Virus record (IMG/VR): IMGVR_UViG_3300010362_000028
Coordinates: 1-48,152 of that record
Length of the DNA: 48,152 nt
Strand: one strand, 5' to 3'
Origin: a virus
Lineage: Duplodnaviria; Caudoviricetes
Shown piece by piece: positions 33,308 through 41,586 of this stretch. The notes beneath the pieces were generated by a model. That model did no database searches. It had not been told where the DNA came from and worked only from the letters and a program-made list of their open reading frames with translations. Numbering within the stretch: position 1 is the stretch's first letter; each line of letters opens with the position of its first letter. The position numbers and the translations under genes were made by a program.

Positions 33308-33510
33308 TGCCAGCACCAGCACCGGATCCAGGAATCTCAAGCATTGCGGCCCAGCGGCCGTGTGGCACGCGTCGGTGGGTCCTGCAGCAAGACAACACGG
33401 TTGCGGCGGCCCATGGGTGGTTCCCCTGGAAGGGCCAGAACATCGACACTCCATGGCGGGCTAGCGGTACCAAGTGGACCTCGGACGACGATTCGCACCC
33501 GCTTACGTAG
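33307..33510 (+). CDS. Hypothetical protein
   Basis: GGAGG RBS and TGATG coupling. Confidence 0.5.
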   Translation: MPAPAPDPGISSIAAQRPCGTRRWVLQQDNTVAAAHGWFPWKGQNIDTPWRASGTKWTSDDDSHPLT

Positions 33511-34211
33511 TGGTGGTGATGGTAGCGAGCAGTGCTCTGGCGTGCCCAGCTGTGCCATGTCTCAACTGCAGCGTGCCCCTGCGGTCGAAGAAGGAGTTCT
33601 GCAGCGAGGTATGCATACCAATCGTCAGTGCACTGTGCAGCCAATTCAGCGGCCCAGACTACAAGCAATGCCAGCAGGGCATCGTGAGGACGTGCGTGCA
33701 GACTGATCCTAACGTGTGCCGCGCGGTGTCAATCCCAGTTGGTCCAACGGGGCCGACAGGCCCCGCCGGCCCGCAAGGAGCACAAGGTAATGTCGGACCG
33801 AGTGGTGTTCCTGGCATGGATGGCAATGTCGGTGCTACTGGGAATGCTGGTAGCAACGGTGCTATGGGGCTGCCCGGTCAACCCGGAGCGACGGGACCGA
33901 GCGGACCCACAGGCCCTACCGGAGGAAGTAGTGCCGGGGTTTTGAGGGCCGTGTCGCAAGATTTCGGTCGCGCACAGGCCGGCGACCTCTTTGTGCTAAC
34001 GTCCCCTTGCGAGCCCGGCGAGGTCGTCCAAGCTGGGGGCGTCGTTCCAACGATTGCGAACGGCGTCGCGGTCGATATTCAGCGCATCCACTTGTTATTC
34101 TCGGGCCCTACCAGCGGGACCGAGTGGACGGCTGCAGCGACGTGCATCCAAACATTATCCCCGAATGCCGACCTCACCTACACCGTCTACGCCCTCTGCG
34201 CCCCCTCCTAA
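33474..34211 (+). CDS. Secreted-type Cys-rich collagen-like protein
   Basis: [20 protein letters not shown] signal-like segment, nine Cys in the N-terminal domain, about 21 Gly-X-Y triplets, and a C-terminal CEPGE...GG...VYALC domain. Confidence 0.7.
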   Translation: MDLGRRFAPAYVVVVMVASSALACPAVPCLNCSVPLRSKKEFCSEVCIPIVSALCSQFSGPDYKQCQQGIVRTCVQTDPNVCRAVSIPVGPTGPTGPAGPQGAQGNVGPSGVPGMDGNVGATGNAGSNGAMGLPGQPGATGPSGPTGPTGGSSAGVLRAVSQDFGRAQAGDLFVLTSPCEPGEVVQAGGVVPTIANGVAVDIQRIHLLFSGPTSGTEWTAAATCIQTLSPNADLTYTVYALCAPS

Positions 34212-34219
34212 GGGTACAG

Positions 34220-34306
34220 ATGGACCTGATAAGCTACCTCGCGGGGATGGCGGGAGGGATCGCGCTCCTGGCCCTCTGCCTGGTTCTGCTCGACCGAGGT
34301 CGATGA
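34220..34306 (+). CDS. Small transmembrane peptide (lysis cassette)
   Basis: MDLISYLAGMAGGIALLALCLVLLDRGR, coupled to the holin-like gene. Confidence 0.45.
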   Translation: MDLISYLAGMAGGIALLALCLVLLDRGR

Positions 34307-34587
34307 TGGCTAACGGGGGCTGGGCCAGCACCGCGTCGGATATTGTCGTCCGGGTGGGCTTTCCAGTCGTGGTGGCTGCGGTACTTCTATGGTTCCTGTT
34401 GACCGAGTTCACGAAGGACATGGGCCAAATCAGCACTCGGATGGCGGAGAACGCAGTTGCTATCGAGAAGTTTACTGCCATGCAGGATAACCAGCTTGCC
34501 GAGATGAAGGCGCACACCGCAGAGTTGAGGGCACAGACCCAGATGATGAAGGATTGGGTTGCGGCGAAGAAGCGAGGGGAGCTATGA
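34303..34587 (+). CDS. Putative holin (1 TM plus coiled coil)
   Basis: VGFPVVVAAVLLWFLL helix immediately upstream of the endolysin. Confidence 0.6.
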   Translation: MMANGGWASTASDIVVRVGFPVVVAAVLLWFLLTEFTKDMGQISTRMAENAVAIEKFTAMQDNQLAEMKAHTAELRAQTQMMKDWVAAKKRGEL

Positions 34588-35159
34588 TCCACCGGAAATA
34601 CTTCTTCGACAACATCAAGTATTACCTGTTTAAGAAGTTCGATCAGGGGCAGGTCGATGGACTCAACGTGTTCCTTGACTGGTACGACAATAAGAACCCA
34701 CCCATCCCCGAACGGTACCACCTTGACGATCGGATGCTCGCTTACATTCTGGCAACCACGTACCATGAGACCGCGGCTACCATGCAACCCATTGCCGAGT
34801 ATGGGAAGGGCAAGGGAAAGAAATACGGGACGCCGGATCCCGTCACGGGGCAAACCTATTATGGGCGGGGATATGTCCAGTTAACTTGGAAGGACAACTA
34901 TTCTCGGCAGGACACCAAGCTATCCCTGAAGGGGACGCTTGTGAAGAATGCGGACCGTGCCCTCGAGCCGGCTATCGCTCTGGAGGTCATCATTGGGGGC
35001 ATGATTGATGGTGACTTTACGGGCAAGCGCCTATCGCAGTTCTTTACGGACCAGCTCACCAACTGGTACGATGCGCGAACGATCGTGAACGGGTACGACC
35101 AAGCCTCGCTGATCGCAGGCTATGGGGAGAAGTTTTGCAATGCGCTTACTCAAACTTAG
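34584..35159 (+). CDS. Endolysin, glycoside hydrolase family 19-like
   Basis: AYILAT.YHET..TMQPI.E, YYGRGYVQLTW..NY, AR.IVNG.D. Confidence 0.85.
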   Translation: MIHRKYFFDNIKYYLFKKFDQGQVDGLNVFLDWYDNKNPPIPERYHLDDRMLAYILATTYHETAATMQPIAEYGKGKGKKYGTPDPVTGQTYYGRGYVQLTWKDNYSRQDTKLSLKGTLVKNADRALEPAIALEVIIGGMIDGDFTGKRLSQFFTDQLTNWYDARTIVNGYDQASLIAGYGEKFCNALTQT

Positions 35160-35274
35160 CCTAGTCATCCTTCTGCTGGCACTGGGTTGCCACAAGCCGC
35201 CACCGCCGTGCCCCGTTTGCCCGACGTGTGCACCGTGTCCACCCCCGCCCGTAACTCAGCGTAGGGGAGGCTAG
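35140..35274 (+). CDS. Pro/Cys-rich lipoprotein (o-spanin-like), not in the ORF track
   Basis: MRLLKLSLVILLLALG-CHKPPPPCPVCPTCAPCPPPP with a lipobox-like cysteine. GGGGAG RBS. Overlaps the endolysin end. Confidence 0.6.
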   Translation: MRLLKLSLVILLLALGCHKPPPPCPVCPTCAPCPPPPVTQRRGG

Positions 35275-35275
35275 C

Positions 35276-35434
35276 GTGATAAAGTTGGATAAAGATACAG
35301 TCATTCCGTCGGCTACTCCAGTGGATCCTCTAGGTGAGCAGGAACAGGAGCCGCAAGAAGAACCTAACCCTAAATCGATACAGGATGAACCTGGCGATGA
35401 AAAAGAAGGTGTCGATGTTCCCAAAGATGGCTAG
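35276..35434 (+). CDS. Small acidic protein
   Basis: GGAGG RBS and GTG start. E/D/P-rich, 52 aa. Confidence 0.45.
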   Translation: MIKLDKDTVIPSATPVDPLGEQEQEPQEEPNPKSIQDEPGDEKEGVDVPKDG

Positions 35435-35519
35435 TATTCCAGCTAAGCCTACCCTGCCAAGGCGACTGGCCGAAGTCGGTAAGGGGCCGCGTCCTCGGGG
35501 TACCAAGACCCCGAAGTAG
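35397..35519 (+). CDS. Small basic peptide (start uncertain)
   Basis: K/R/P-rich. Fills the gap before 35529. Confidence 0.4.
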   Translation: MKKKVSMFPKMASIPAKPTLPRRLAEVGKGPRPRGTKTPK

Positions 35520-35528
35520 GAGGGTAGC

Positions 35529-35717
35529 ATGCCTGCTAGGAGCAAGGCGCAGCAACGGTTCATGGGGGCGGAGCTGGCGCGGGAGCGCGCGGGAAAGAAA
35601 ACTAAGACGGGGATGGCAGCATCCCAGTTGGAGGACTTTGCTTCGACCAAGCTGAAGGGCTTGCCGGCCCGCGCCAAGAAGGCGGGGAGGGGGGGAGGGG
35701 GGAGGGGGGCAAAGTAA
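35529..35717 (+). CDS. Small basic protein (DUF3008-like)
   Basis: MPARSKAQQRFMGAEL.R.R.G.....M...QLEDFASTK.KGLP. GGAGG RBS. Confidence 0.7.
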   Translation: MPARSKAQQRFMGAELARERAGKKTKTGMAASQLEDFASTKLKGLPARAKKAGRGGGGRGAK

Positions 35718-35911
35718 TGGCCCTCTTTCAATTAATCGTTCTCATTATCGCGATTGGCGTAGCGCTGTGGGCCGTGAACACGTTCGTGCCCATGGACAGC
35801 AAGGTCAAGCAGATCCTTAACACGGTCGTTATTATCGTGCTAGTAGTGTGGTTGTTGTGGTGGCTGCTGATGTTGGCGGGCCTCGGGAGCACGAGGGTGC
35901 CGATGCCATGA
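35717..35911 (+). CDS. Two-TM small membrane protein (Thivi_2564-like)
   Basis: LIVLI..GV.LW.VN.FVPM...K.ILN.VV.I..V.WLL. Confidence 0.7.
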   Translation: MALFQLIVLIIAIGVALWAVNTFVPMDSKVKQILNTVVIIVLVVWLLWWLLMLAGLGSTRVPMP

Positions 35912-36150
35912 TTGGGAGTTTTGATTGGCCCCACTGTGCGTTTTGCGGGCATGGGGTGGAGAAGGTTGAGCGCCGGCAGGACTTCTTTACGGGGGACCTG
36001 GTGTACACGGTGTATTGTCATGGGCGGAAGCAAACCCAGACGGTGAGCGGGCTCGATTTGCATGATGCCATCATGATCTGGGCGACGGCAGCGTTTGATG
36101 AGAAGCCCGTAAGCGCGTACCCGAGCGTGACGTACAAGAGGGACAACTAG
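35908..36150 (+). CDS. Hypothetical protein
   Basis: ATGA coupling. CAFC...CHG. Confidence 0.55.
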   Translation: MIGSFDWPHCAFCGHGVEKVERRQDFFTGDLVYTVYCHGRKQTQTVSGLDLHDAIMIWATAAFDEKPVSAYPSVTYKRDN

Positions 36151-36519
36151 GTGCCTAGGGACCCAGATCTCGAGGCCGCTAAGGCCCTGTTTCAGTATCA
36201 GAAAGAACCCTCGTCTACGACAAGCACGTCCACGACCCAACAGAGGGAGAGTCCGTACAAGGACTACATGTTCCAGCAGCAGAAGCAGGAAGCGTTGCGA
36301 ATGCCGAGCGACACCGAACTCCAGGATATAATGGATCGAACGCTCGGCTTCGCGATGCCTGTGGTGCGGATGGAGCACATGGGCCTCGAAAGTGCGATGA
36401 AGGGGATGGAGGGCACAAGGGCCACGCTAGCACGGGAGCGAGTTCGGCGGCTTGTGAGCGTGGCGAACCGGAACAGCGGGATGGGCGAGCTGTTTGGGGG
36501 AGTTCGGACCGATGAGTAG
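36151..36519 (+). CDS. Hypothetical protein
   Basis: Abuts the upstream gene. GTG start. Confidence 0.5.
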   Translation: MPRDPDLEAAKALFQYQKEPSSTTSTSTTQQRESPYKDYMFQQQKQEALRMPSDTELQDIMDRTLGFAMPVVRMEHMGLESAMKGMEGTRATLARERVRRLVSVANRNSGMGELFGGVRTDE

Positions 36520-37021
36520 ACACCTAGATTATAGGGAGTTGGAGCCGCTCGAGCGCCGTGTGGCGCTCATGCGGGCAGCGGGTATGTCGGAGGTCGTAAT
36601 TGGGCACTTCTTGGATACTGACTATATGACGGTGAAGGGTATCCTGGAGAGGCCACGGGTTGCGAGATACCTGATTGCGCTTGAGTCGACGTTTGTGCAG
36701 GAGATCAGCGAGAGCGCGAAGCACCTGACGGAGTCGATCGAGGCGGAGGCGGTTAACGCGTTTCACATCGAGAAGAATGTGATGGAACGGTTGTACGCGA
36801 TGGAGAAAGATGTACGCGCACAGTTGGGAGCGGCGTCGACGGCGCAGGATATACTTGACCGCGCTGGCAAACGCGCGCCGACGAAGATCCAAACAGAGGT
36901 ATCGCATACGATTGATGCCGAGGCCCTTGCGCATGTTGCGGGTGTGCTACAAGAGATACATGGGCCGCAGGTCATCGACGTGACGCCTAGTGGGAATGGG
37001 CATGAAGAAACAAGCGACTGA
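36512..37021 (+). CDS. terS: Putative terminase small subunit
   Basis: N-terminal HTH-like region, a helical middle and an AQDILDRAG motif. Upstream of TerL. Confidence 0.65.
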   Translation: MSRHLDYRELEPLERRVALMRAAGMSEVVIGHFLDTDYMTVKGILERPRVARYLIALESTFVQEISESAKHLTESIEAEAVNAFHIEKNVMERLYAMEKDVRAQLGAASTAQDILDRAGKRAPTKIQTEVSHTIDAEALAHVAGVLQEIHGPQVIDVTPSGNGHEETSD

Positions 37022-37109
37022 GTGGCAAGGCAAGGGCAAGCCAAGCAAGGCGCAGAAGGCGTTCATTGTGGCTGTGCGGGCCATGCCGCCCAAGAAGACG
37101 AAGAAGTGA
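37002..37109 (+). CDS. Small basic peptide
   Basis: MKKQATEWQGKGKPSKAQKAFIVAVRAMPPKKTKK. Its stop overlaps the GTG start of the MTase (GTGA). Confidence 0.45.
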   Translation: MKKQATEWQGKGKPSKAQKAFIVAVRAMPPKKTKK

Positions 37110-38071
37110 AGTTCGGATCTTGCTTTGCGGGGATCGGTGGGTTCGACCTGGGGTTGGAAGCCGCAGGCTTCCAGCCTGCATGGCAGGTTGAGCTTAGCGA
37201 GTATTGCAGAGGCGTACTCGCTCGTCATTGGCCGGATGTGGCCCGTTACGATGATGTACGGGCCGTCCCGCAATTCGCGTTGGAGAGCGTGGATTTGATT
37301 TGCGGGGGGTTCCCGTGCCAGGACGTGAGTGTGGCAGGGAAGCAGGAGGGGTTGGAGGGCGAGCGATCGAGGCTGTGGTATGACATGTACAAGATCATCG
37401 CGCGAATCCGACCACGTTGGCTCGTTGTTGAGAACAGCCCTGCTTTACGAACTAGGGGAGCCGATACGGTCCTCGGGGGACTGGAGGAGGTTGGATACTC
37501 CTGCTGGCCGCTCGTGGTGGGTGCTTACGCCGTCGGAGCGCCTCATAAGCGCGAGCGAGTCTGGATCGTGGGCTACGCCGGTCAGCAACGACGGCCTGCG
37601 GCACAGGTACGGGAAGTACGCGCAGGGCGGGGAGCCGCTAAGCGCGCAAGCGACCTGGCCGACGCCGGTTTCACAGGATGCGAGGGGAGTGGGCAGCAGC
37701 GGGTACGAGACCCTATCGGGGAGGCACAGCGGGATCACGCTCACGGATGCGACGACGCGTTGGAATACACCAAGGGCCCGGGACTGGAAAGGCCAGGGAA
37801 AAGATTGCTTAGACGATGGCCGGTTGGCCCCGTGGAACCACAGCAATGGTGGGAGCCACCACGTACGGTTGAACGCAAGGTGGGTAGCCGTGCTGATGGG
37901 CTTTCCGGAAGGATGGCTGAGCGCCGGCGGAAACGGGAAATAGAGGCCCTGGGCGCGGCAGTCGTGCCACAGGTTGCGGAGGCGATTGGGCGGGCGATTC
38001 AGACGGTGGAAGCGATGGAGCAGGCCACGAGCCAGGGTCTCATCAAGGATATAGGGGAGCTATTCGCATGA
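37106..38071 (+). CDS. C5 cytosine DNA methyltransferase, alpha subunit
   Basis: Motif I FAGIGG, IV GGFPCQD, VI ENS, VIII HKRERVW, X ALGAAVVPQVA. Motif IX is absent from this frame. Confidence 0.88.
   Translation: MKFGSCFAGIGGFDLGLEAAGFQPAWQVELSEYCRGVLARHWPDVARYDDVRAVPQFALESVDLICGGFPCQDVSVAGKQEGLEGERSRLWYDMYKIIARIRPRWLVVENSPALRTRGADTVLGGLEEVGYSCWPLVVGAYAVGAPHKRERVWIVGYAGQQRRPAAQVREVRAGRGAAKRASDLADAGFTGCEGSGQQRVRDPIGEAQRDHAHGCDDALEYTKGPGLERPGKRLLRRWPVGPVEPQQWWEPPRTVERKVGSRADGLSGRMAERRRKREIEALGAAVVPQVAEAIGRAIQTVEAMEQATSQGLIKDIGELFA
37380..37943 (+). CDS. C5 methyltransferase beta subunit nested in the +1 frame (EcoHK31I-like)
   Basis: GAGG RBS. WATP/WPTP/WNTP repeats and motif IX-like LNARWVAVLMGFPEGW. 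Confidence 0.75.
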   Translation: MTCTRSSRESDHVGSLLRTALLYELGEPIRSSGDWRRLDTPAGRSWWVLTPSERLISASESGSWATPVSNDGLRHRYGKYAQGGEPLSAQATWPTPVSQDARGVGSSGYETLSGRHSGITLTDATTRWNTPRARDWKGQGKDCLDDGRLAPWNHSNGGSHHVRLNARWVAVLMGFPEGWLSAGGNGK

Positions 38072-38325
38072 AGGCCATGAACACGCCGAGTAGGTTCGCC
38101 ACGATCAAGTATCCGAGGAACGTGCCACGGGTGTCGCGCAAGCGAGATTGGTACGACAGGAGCGAGTGGCGGAAGGACCCGCAGGCCACGCTGGAGGGCA
38201 GCACTTCGTTGATAGATCAGCAGATGGCCGTAAGTCGAGCGAAAGCGAGACTTGAGGGGACGAACTACGAGGATTTCCCGGACATGGTGAACAGGGCTGG
38301 CCGGGTAGGAATACGGAGGGTCTGA
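38068..38325 (+). CDS. Hypothetical basic protein
   Basis: ATGA coupling. Arg-rich. Confidence 0.5.
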   Translation: MKAMNTPSRFATIKYPRNVPRVSRKRDWYDRSEWRKDPQATLEGSTSLIDQQMAVSRAKARLEGTNYEDFPDMVNRAGRVGIRRV

Positions 38326-38492
38326 TGAGGCATCCCGACGCAGATGAGATGGCGACTGAGGCGTTTGCGGAAGCGAGGCGGATCTACGGGAAGCGACCGG
38401 AGGAGGAAAGCCCGGAGCAGGGCGCGGATGAGGCGAGCGAGGAGGATCTCGAGGGGCTAGAGGAGCCAGAGGAGAAGAAGGACGACGAGTGA
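38325..38492 (+). CDS. Small acidic protein
   Basis: GGAGG RBS and TGATG coupling. Glu-rich, 55 aa. Confidence 0.5.
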   Translation: MRHPDADEMATEAFAEARRIYGKRPEEESPEQGADEASEEDLEGLEEPEEKKDDE

Positions 38493-38524
38493 AGGCCGCT
38501 TGGCCGTTCAAGGTTTGAAGCGAT

Positions 38525-40063
38525 ATGCAAGCGAGTGACTTGAGCCAGGCGCGGTGGGCCGCCGAGAGTGGGGATACGGGGGAGCGGAGTGAGACCGTGC
38601 GCCAGAATTTGAGGTGGCAGGCCCAGCGGAACACGTACTTTATGGCCAAGGCGGTGGTGGGCTTCCATGACCTGACGGTGGGCTTGCATAGTGAGATGTG
38701 CGAGTGGATCCGGAGCGTGCCGACTAGGAAGCTCGGGCTGGTGCCGCGGGACCACTTGAAGACGAGTGTCTGGACAATTGCTGATACGGTGAGGTTGATT
38801 GCGGCGGATCCGAACATCCGGCTGTTGATCGCGAATGAGACGGCGACGAACGCGAGCCATTTCCTGCGGAGGATCCAGGCGGTGTTCGAGCGGAGCACGA
38901 TGTTTAGGTGGCTGTTCCCTGAATTGATACCGGACGTGGGCAAGACCAAGTGGAGCGAGAGCGAGATGCTGGTGCCACGGAAGAAGGACTTCCCTGAGTC
39001 CACGGTGGAGGTGATGGGGGTCGGTGGAGCTGTCGTTAGCCGGCACTACAATAGAATCAAGCTGGATGACTTGGTCGGGAAGGAAGCAAGCGAGTCCGTT
39101 GAGGTGATGAAGAAGACGATTGATTGGTACTTGTATTGCGAGTCCTTACTCGAGAAGCCCATCGACCCCATCGAAACGTACGGCACAAGGTGGACCCACA
39201 AGGATCTGTACGCTTGGATAATGGAGCACGAGCAAGACATAGATATCTTCCACCGGAAGGCCGTGAGCCCAGAGGGGACTACGCTGTGGCCCGAACGCTT
39301 TCCGTTGGTGGAGCTGGATCGGATCAGGCGGAAGATAGGTTCGTTCAAGTTCTCGTGCCAGTACCAGAACGAGCCCTTCGATCCGGAGCACATGACCTTC
39401 GATCCTGGGTGGCTAAGGTTCTACGAGCTGAGCGGTTGGTTTGTGGACGAGGAGGCCGGATGTGTGCAGTTGCAGTTCGTCGGGCTGCCGAAGCCGGTGC
39501 GCGTCGTTCCGTTCATATTGACGGATCCCGCGATTAGTGAAAAGAGCCACGCTGCACGAAGTGCGGTGGTGGTGGCGGGCCTCGATGAAGCGGAGCGAAT
39601 CCTGGTGCTGGAGGCCTTTGCGGAGCGGTGCCAGCCAGTGAAGATGATCGACAAGATCTTCGAGATGGCCGAACGGTGGGGGCCGATGGCGATAGTGATC
39701 GAGGGGGTGGCGTACCAACGGGCCTTGAAGGGCTTCATCGAGGCCGAGTGTATACGGAGGGGGAACTGGCTCAATGTGAGGGAGGTGCGGCCTGGTAGCA
39801 AGGAAGGGAAGGAGAGTCGCATCCGGGGATTGCAGCCGTATGCCCAGCGGGGACGCCTCTGGATTCGTCGGTCAACTTGCGAAAAGCTGGTCGACGAGTT
39901 TGAGGCGTTTCCGCTGGGCGATACTGTGGACATCTTGGATGCTCTGAGCTATGGGCCCCAGGTCTGGGTGGGCCCTGACACGGAGTCAACTGGTCGTCCA
40001 ATTCGTGACGAAGACGAGCGGCCACCGAGCTACGAGGGGGTGAGCTATGTCACCGGGTACTGA
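38525..40063 (+). CDS. terL: Terminase large subunit
   Basis: PRDHLKT Walker A variant, IKLDDL Walker B, GTRW, FSCQYQNEP, and nuclease motifs TDPA, IEGVAYQ, KESRI, DILDAL. Confidence 0.92.
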   Translation: MQASDLSQARWAAESGDTGERSETVRQNLRWQAQRNTYFMAKAVVGFHDLTVGLHSEMCEWIRSVPTRKLGLVPRDHLKTSVWTIADTVRLIAADPNIRLLIANETATNASHFLRRIQAVFERSTMFRWLFPELIPDVGKTKWSESEMLVPRKKDFPESTVEVMGVGGAVVSRHYNRIKLDDLVGKEASESVEVMKKTIDWYLYCESLLEKPIDPIETYGTRWTHKDLYAWIMEHEQDIDIFHRKAVSPEGTTLWPERFPLVELDRIRRKIGSFKFSCQYQNEPFDPEHMTFDPGWLRFYELSGWFVDEEAGCVQLQFVGLPKPVRVVPFILTDPAISEKSHAARSAVVVAGLDEAERILVLEAFAERCQPVKMIDKIFEMAERWGPMAIVIEGVAYQRALKGFIEAECIRRGNWLNVREVRPGSKEGKESRIRGLQPYAQRGRLWIRRSTCEKLVDEFEAFPLGDTVDILDALSYGPQVWVGPDTESTGRPIRDEDERPPSYEGVSYVTGY

Positions 40064-40122
40064 TTTCGGGAACAATCCAGAGGCGCTCGCACTGGTACTG
40101 GCCGGCCCCGCACTGGCAGAGG

Positions 40123-40199
40123 CCCCCACAGTCCCACCTAGGTTCTTCCTCCTCACCAGCCAAGGGGCTGGGGGGGGTGGGGGTGGTGGGGTGGGGTGG
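40123..40199 (+). repeat. Dispersed C-rich/CCTCACCAGCC/G-tract element, copy C
   Basis: CCTCACCAGCCAAGG (identical to copy B), then G8, G5, G4 and G4 tracts. CCAGCC-AAGG-GGCTGG hairpin. Confidence 0.65.
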
Positions 40200-40221
40200 A
40201 CTAACTCAAGGGTAGGTGACA

Positions 40222-40581
40222 ATGTCTAGCATCGTTCGAGTGGCGGTCGCGATGATAGATGCTGTTGATGGTACGTATGATATTGATGACCTCTACAGTA
40301 CCACGGGGGGCCATCACTATCACACGGGCCTGTTAGCTAACATACCGAATAACATTTCATGGTCCCAGGGGGATGAGGGGCATGTCTACATCGTGATTAC
40401 GACTCCAAGCGCCACGGCTGGTACCATAACAATTAAACTTACTGGTAATACCCAGGGTTGGGACAGTACTCTCCAGCCCAATGGCGTGAAGAATCCGTTC
40501 CTGTTCCCAAAGGGTGTAGGTAACGTTCAATTTACTTTGCTTAGCACCGTAGATGGGGCTGTGTCACTAACATATTTCTAG
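40222..40581 (+). CDS. Hypothetical beta-rich virion-module protein
   Basis: T/G/V-rich ORF between TerL and portal. Confidence 0.55.
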   Translation: MSSIVRVAVAMIDAVDGTYDIDDLYSTTGGHHYHTGLLANIPNNISWSQGDEGHVYIVITTPSATAGTITIKLTGNTQGWDSTLQPNGVKNPFLFPKGVGNVQFTLLSTVDGAVSLTYF

Positions 40582-40592
40582 GGTATGATTCT

Positions 40593-40907
40593 ATGGGCCA
40601 AATGATTGATAGTCCGTTCGGTCAGGCGCCTACCATGTACGATAACGATCCACGGGCCCAGCAATTATACAAAGAGATGTTCGCGCAGGCCCACATGGCA
40701 CCTGGGATGGGAATTGGCACTCATACTTACGCTCCTGATGCTGGATTCCAGCGCGAAATGGTTCGTCGTCGTGCACAGGGGGCTTCGGCACAGGAGCGCA
40801 TGGCGGCTCTATCCCGTGCAGGTGTCACTGATCGTGATGGTATGCAGCAAGTGTTTAGTCGTCTCTACGCACCAATAAGTCAGGCGTTCATGCGAGCAAG
40901 GAGGTAG
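40593..40907 (+). CDS. Hypothetical protein
   Basis: ORF packed in the late operon. Confidence 0.5.
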   Translation: MGQMIDSPFGQAPTMYDNDPRAQQLYKEMFAQAHMAPGMGIGTHTYAPDAGFQREMVRRRAQGASAQERMAALSRAGVTDRDGMQQVFSRLYAPISQAFMRARR

Positions 40908-40909
40908 AA

Positions 40910-41476
40910 ATGGGAGCAGCATTGGCGGCAATCGGCCCCGCGCTTGGGGCAGTTGGATCAGGTGTCGCAGCAGCCGGTCCTGCAATCGCGCAGGGTGCGA
41001 GCACTGCAGCTGGCGCTTTAGGTAGTGCGGCGGGTGCCGTTGGATCTGGTCTCTTGGAGGCTGGGAAGTCCGTCGGGGGAGCCCTTAAGGGTGCTATCGG
41101 TAGCACGGGCAGCCTAGTTGAGGGGGCGCATCCCGAAGGCTTCACGGGGCCAATGCCCGCGACTGGTACCCCACCTTCGGGTATCATAGGCGGCCTGAGT
41201 TCTGTGCTGGGCAAGATCAAGAACTTCACTGATTTCCTTGGCGACACTCCTGAGGAGAAGGAAAGGAACGCCCAGAAGTTCGCTGCTCTTGCCAAAGATA
41301 TCAACAACACGATGAAGGATGTGAACGAGTCAACTCTGATGCAGCGCTTGATGAAGGAAGCATCGCGGCGTGACATTACGGTTGGCCCGCAGGGTATATC
41401 CGGTGGCTTTGCGATGCCAAAGACCCTAGATTCTGGCATCGCACAAGCCGTAATGAGTCAGCTTGGTTTCAGGTAG
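40910..41476 (+). CDS. Gly/Ala-rich putative internal virion protein
   Basis: AGGAGG RBS. The long G/A-rich N-terminus resembles pilot/ejection proteins. Confidence 0.55.
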   Translation: MGAALAAIGPALGAVGSGVAAAGPAIAQGASTAAGALGSAAGAVGSGLLEAGKSVGGALKGAIGSTGSLVEGAHPEGFTGPMPATGTPPSGIIGGLSSVLGKIKNFTDFLGDTPEEKERNAQKFAALAKDINNTMKDVNESTLMQRLMKEASRRDITVGPQGISGGFAMPKTLDSGIAQAVMSQLGFR

Positions 41477-41487
41477 GAGGTGAGACG

Positions 41488-41586
41488 ATGCCTGTTTCGC
41501 GCTCGGCCAAGAACAAGGTCCGAGGGGGTAATACGCAGAAGAAGCCCCCGAAGAAGCCCCCGAAGATGCCGAAGGGAATGTACTAG
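41488..41586 (+). CDS. Small basic peptide
   Basis: AGGAGG RBS. MPVSRSAKNKVRGGNTQKKPPKKPPKMPKGMY. Its stop overlaps the portal start. Confidence 0.55.
   Translation: MPVSRSAKNKVRGGNTQKKPPKKPPKMPKGMY

Noticed and set aside
35178-35192. TGGCAC-TGGG-TTGCC as a fourth sigma54 promoter
   Set aside because: GG-to-GC spacing is 9, not 10, and it lies inside the lipoprotein ORF.
40047-40229. 60-aa ORF after TerL with a poly-Gly tract
   Set aside because: The Gly run derives from the G-tract repeat, which occurs in either orientation elsewhere, so coding status is unsupported.
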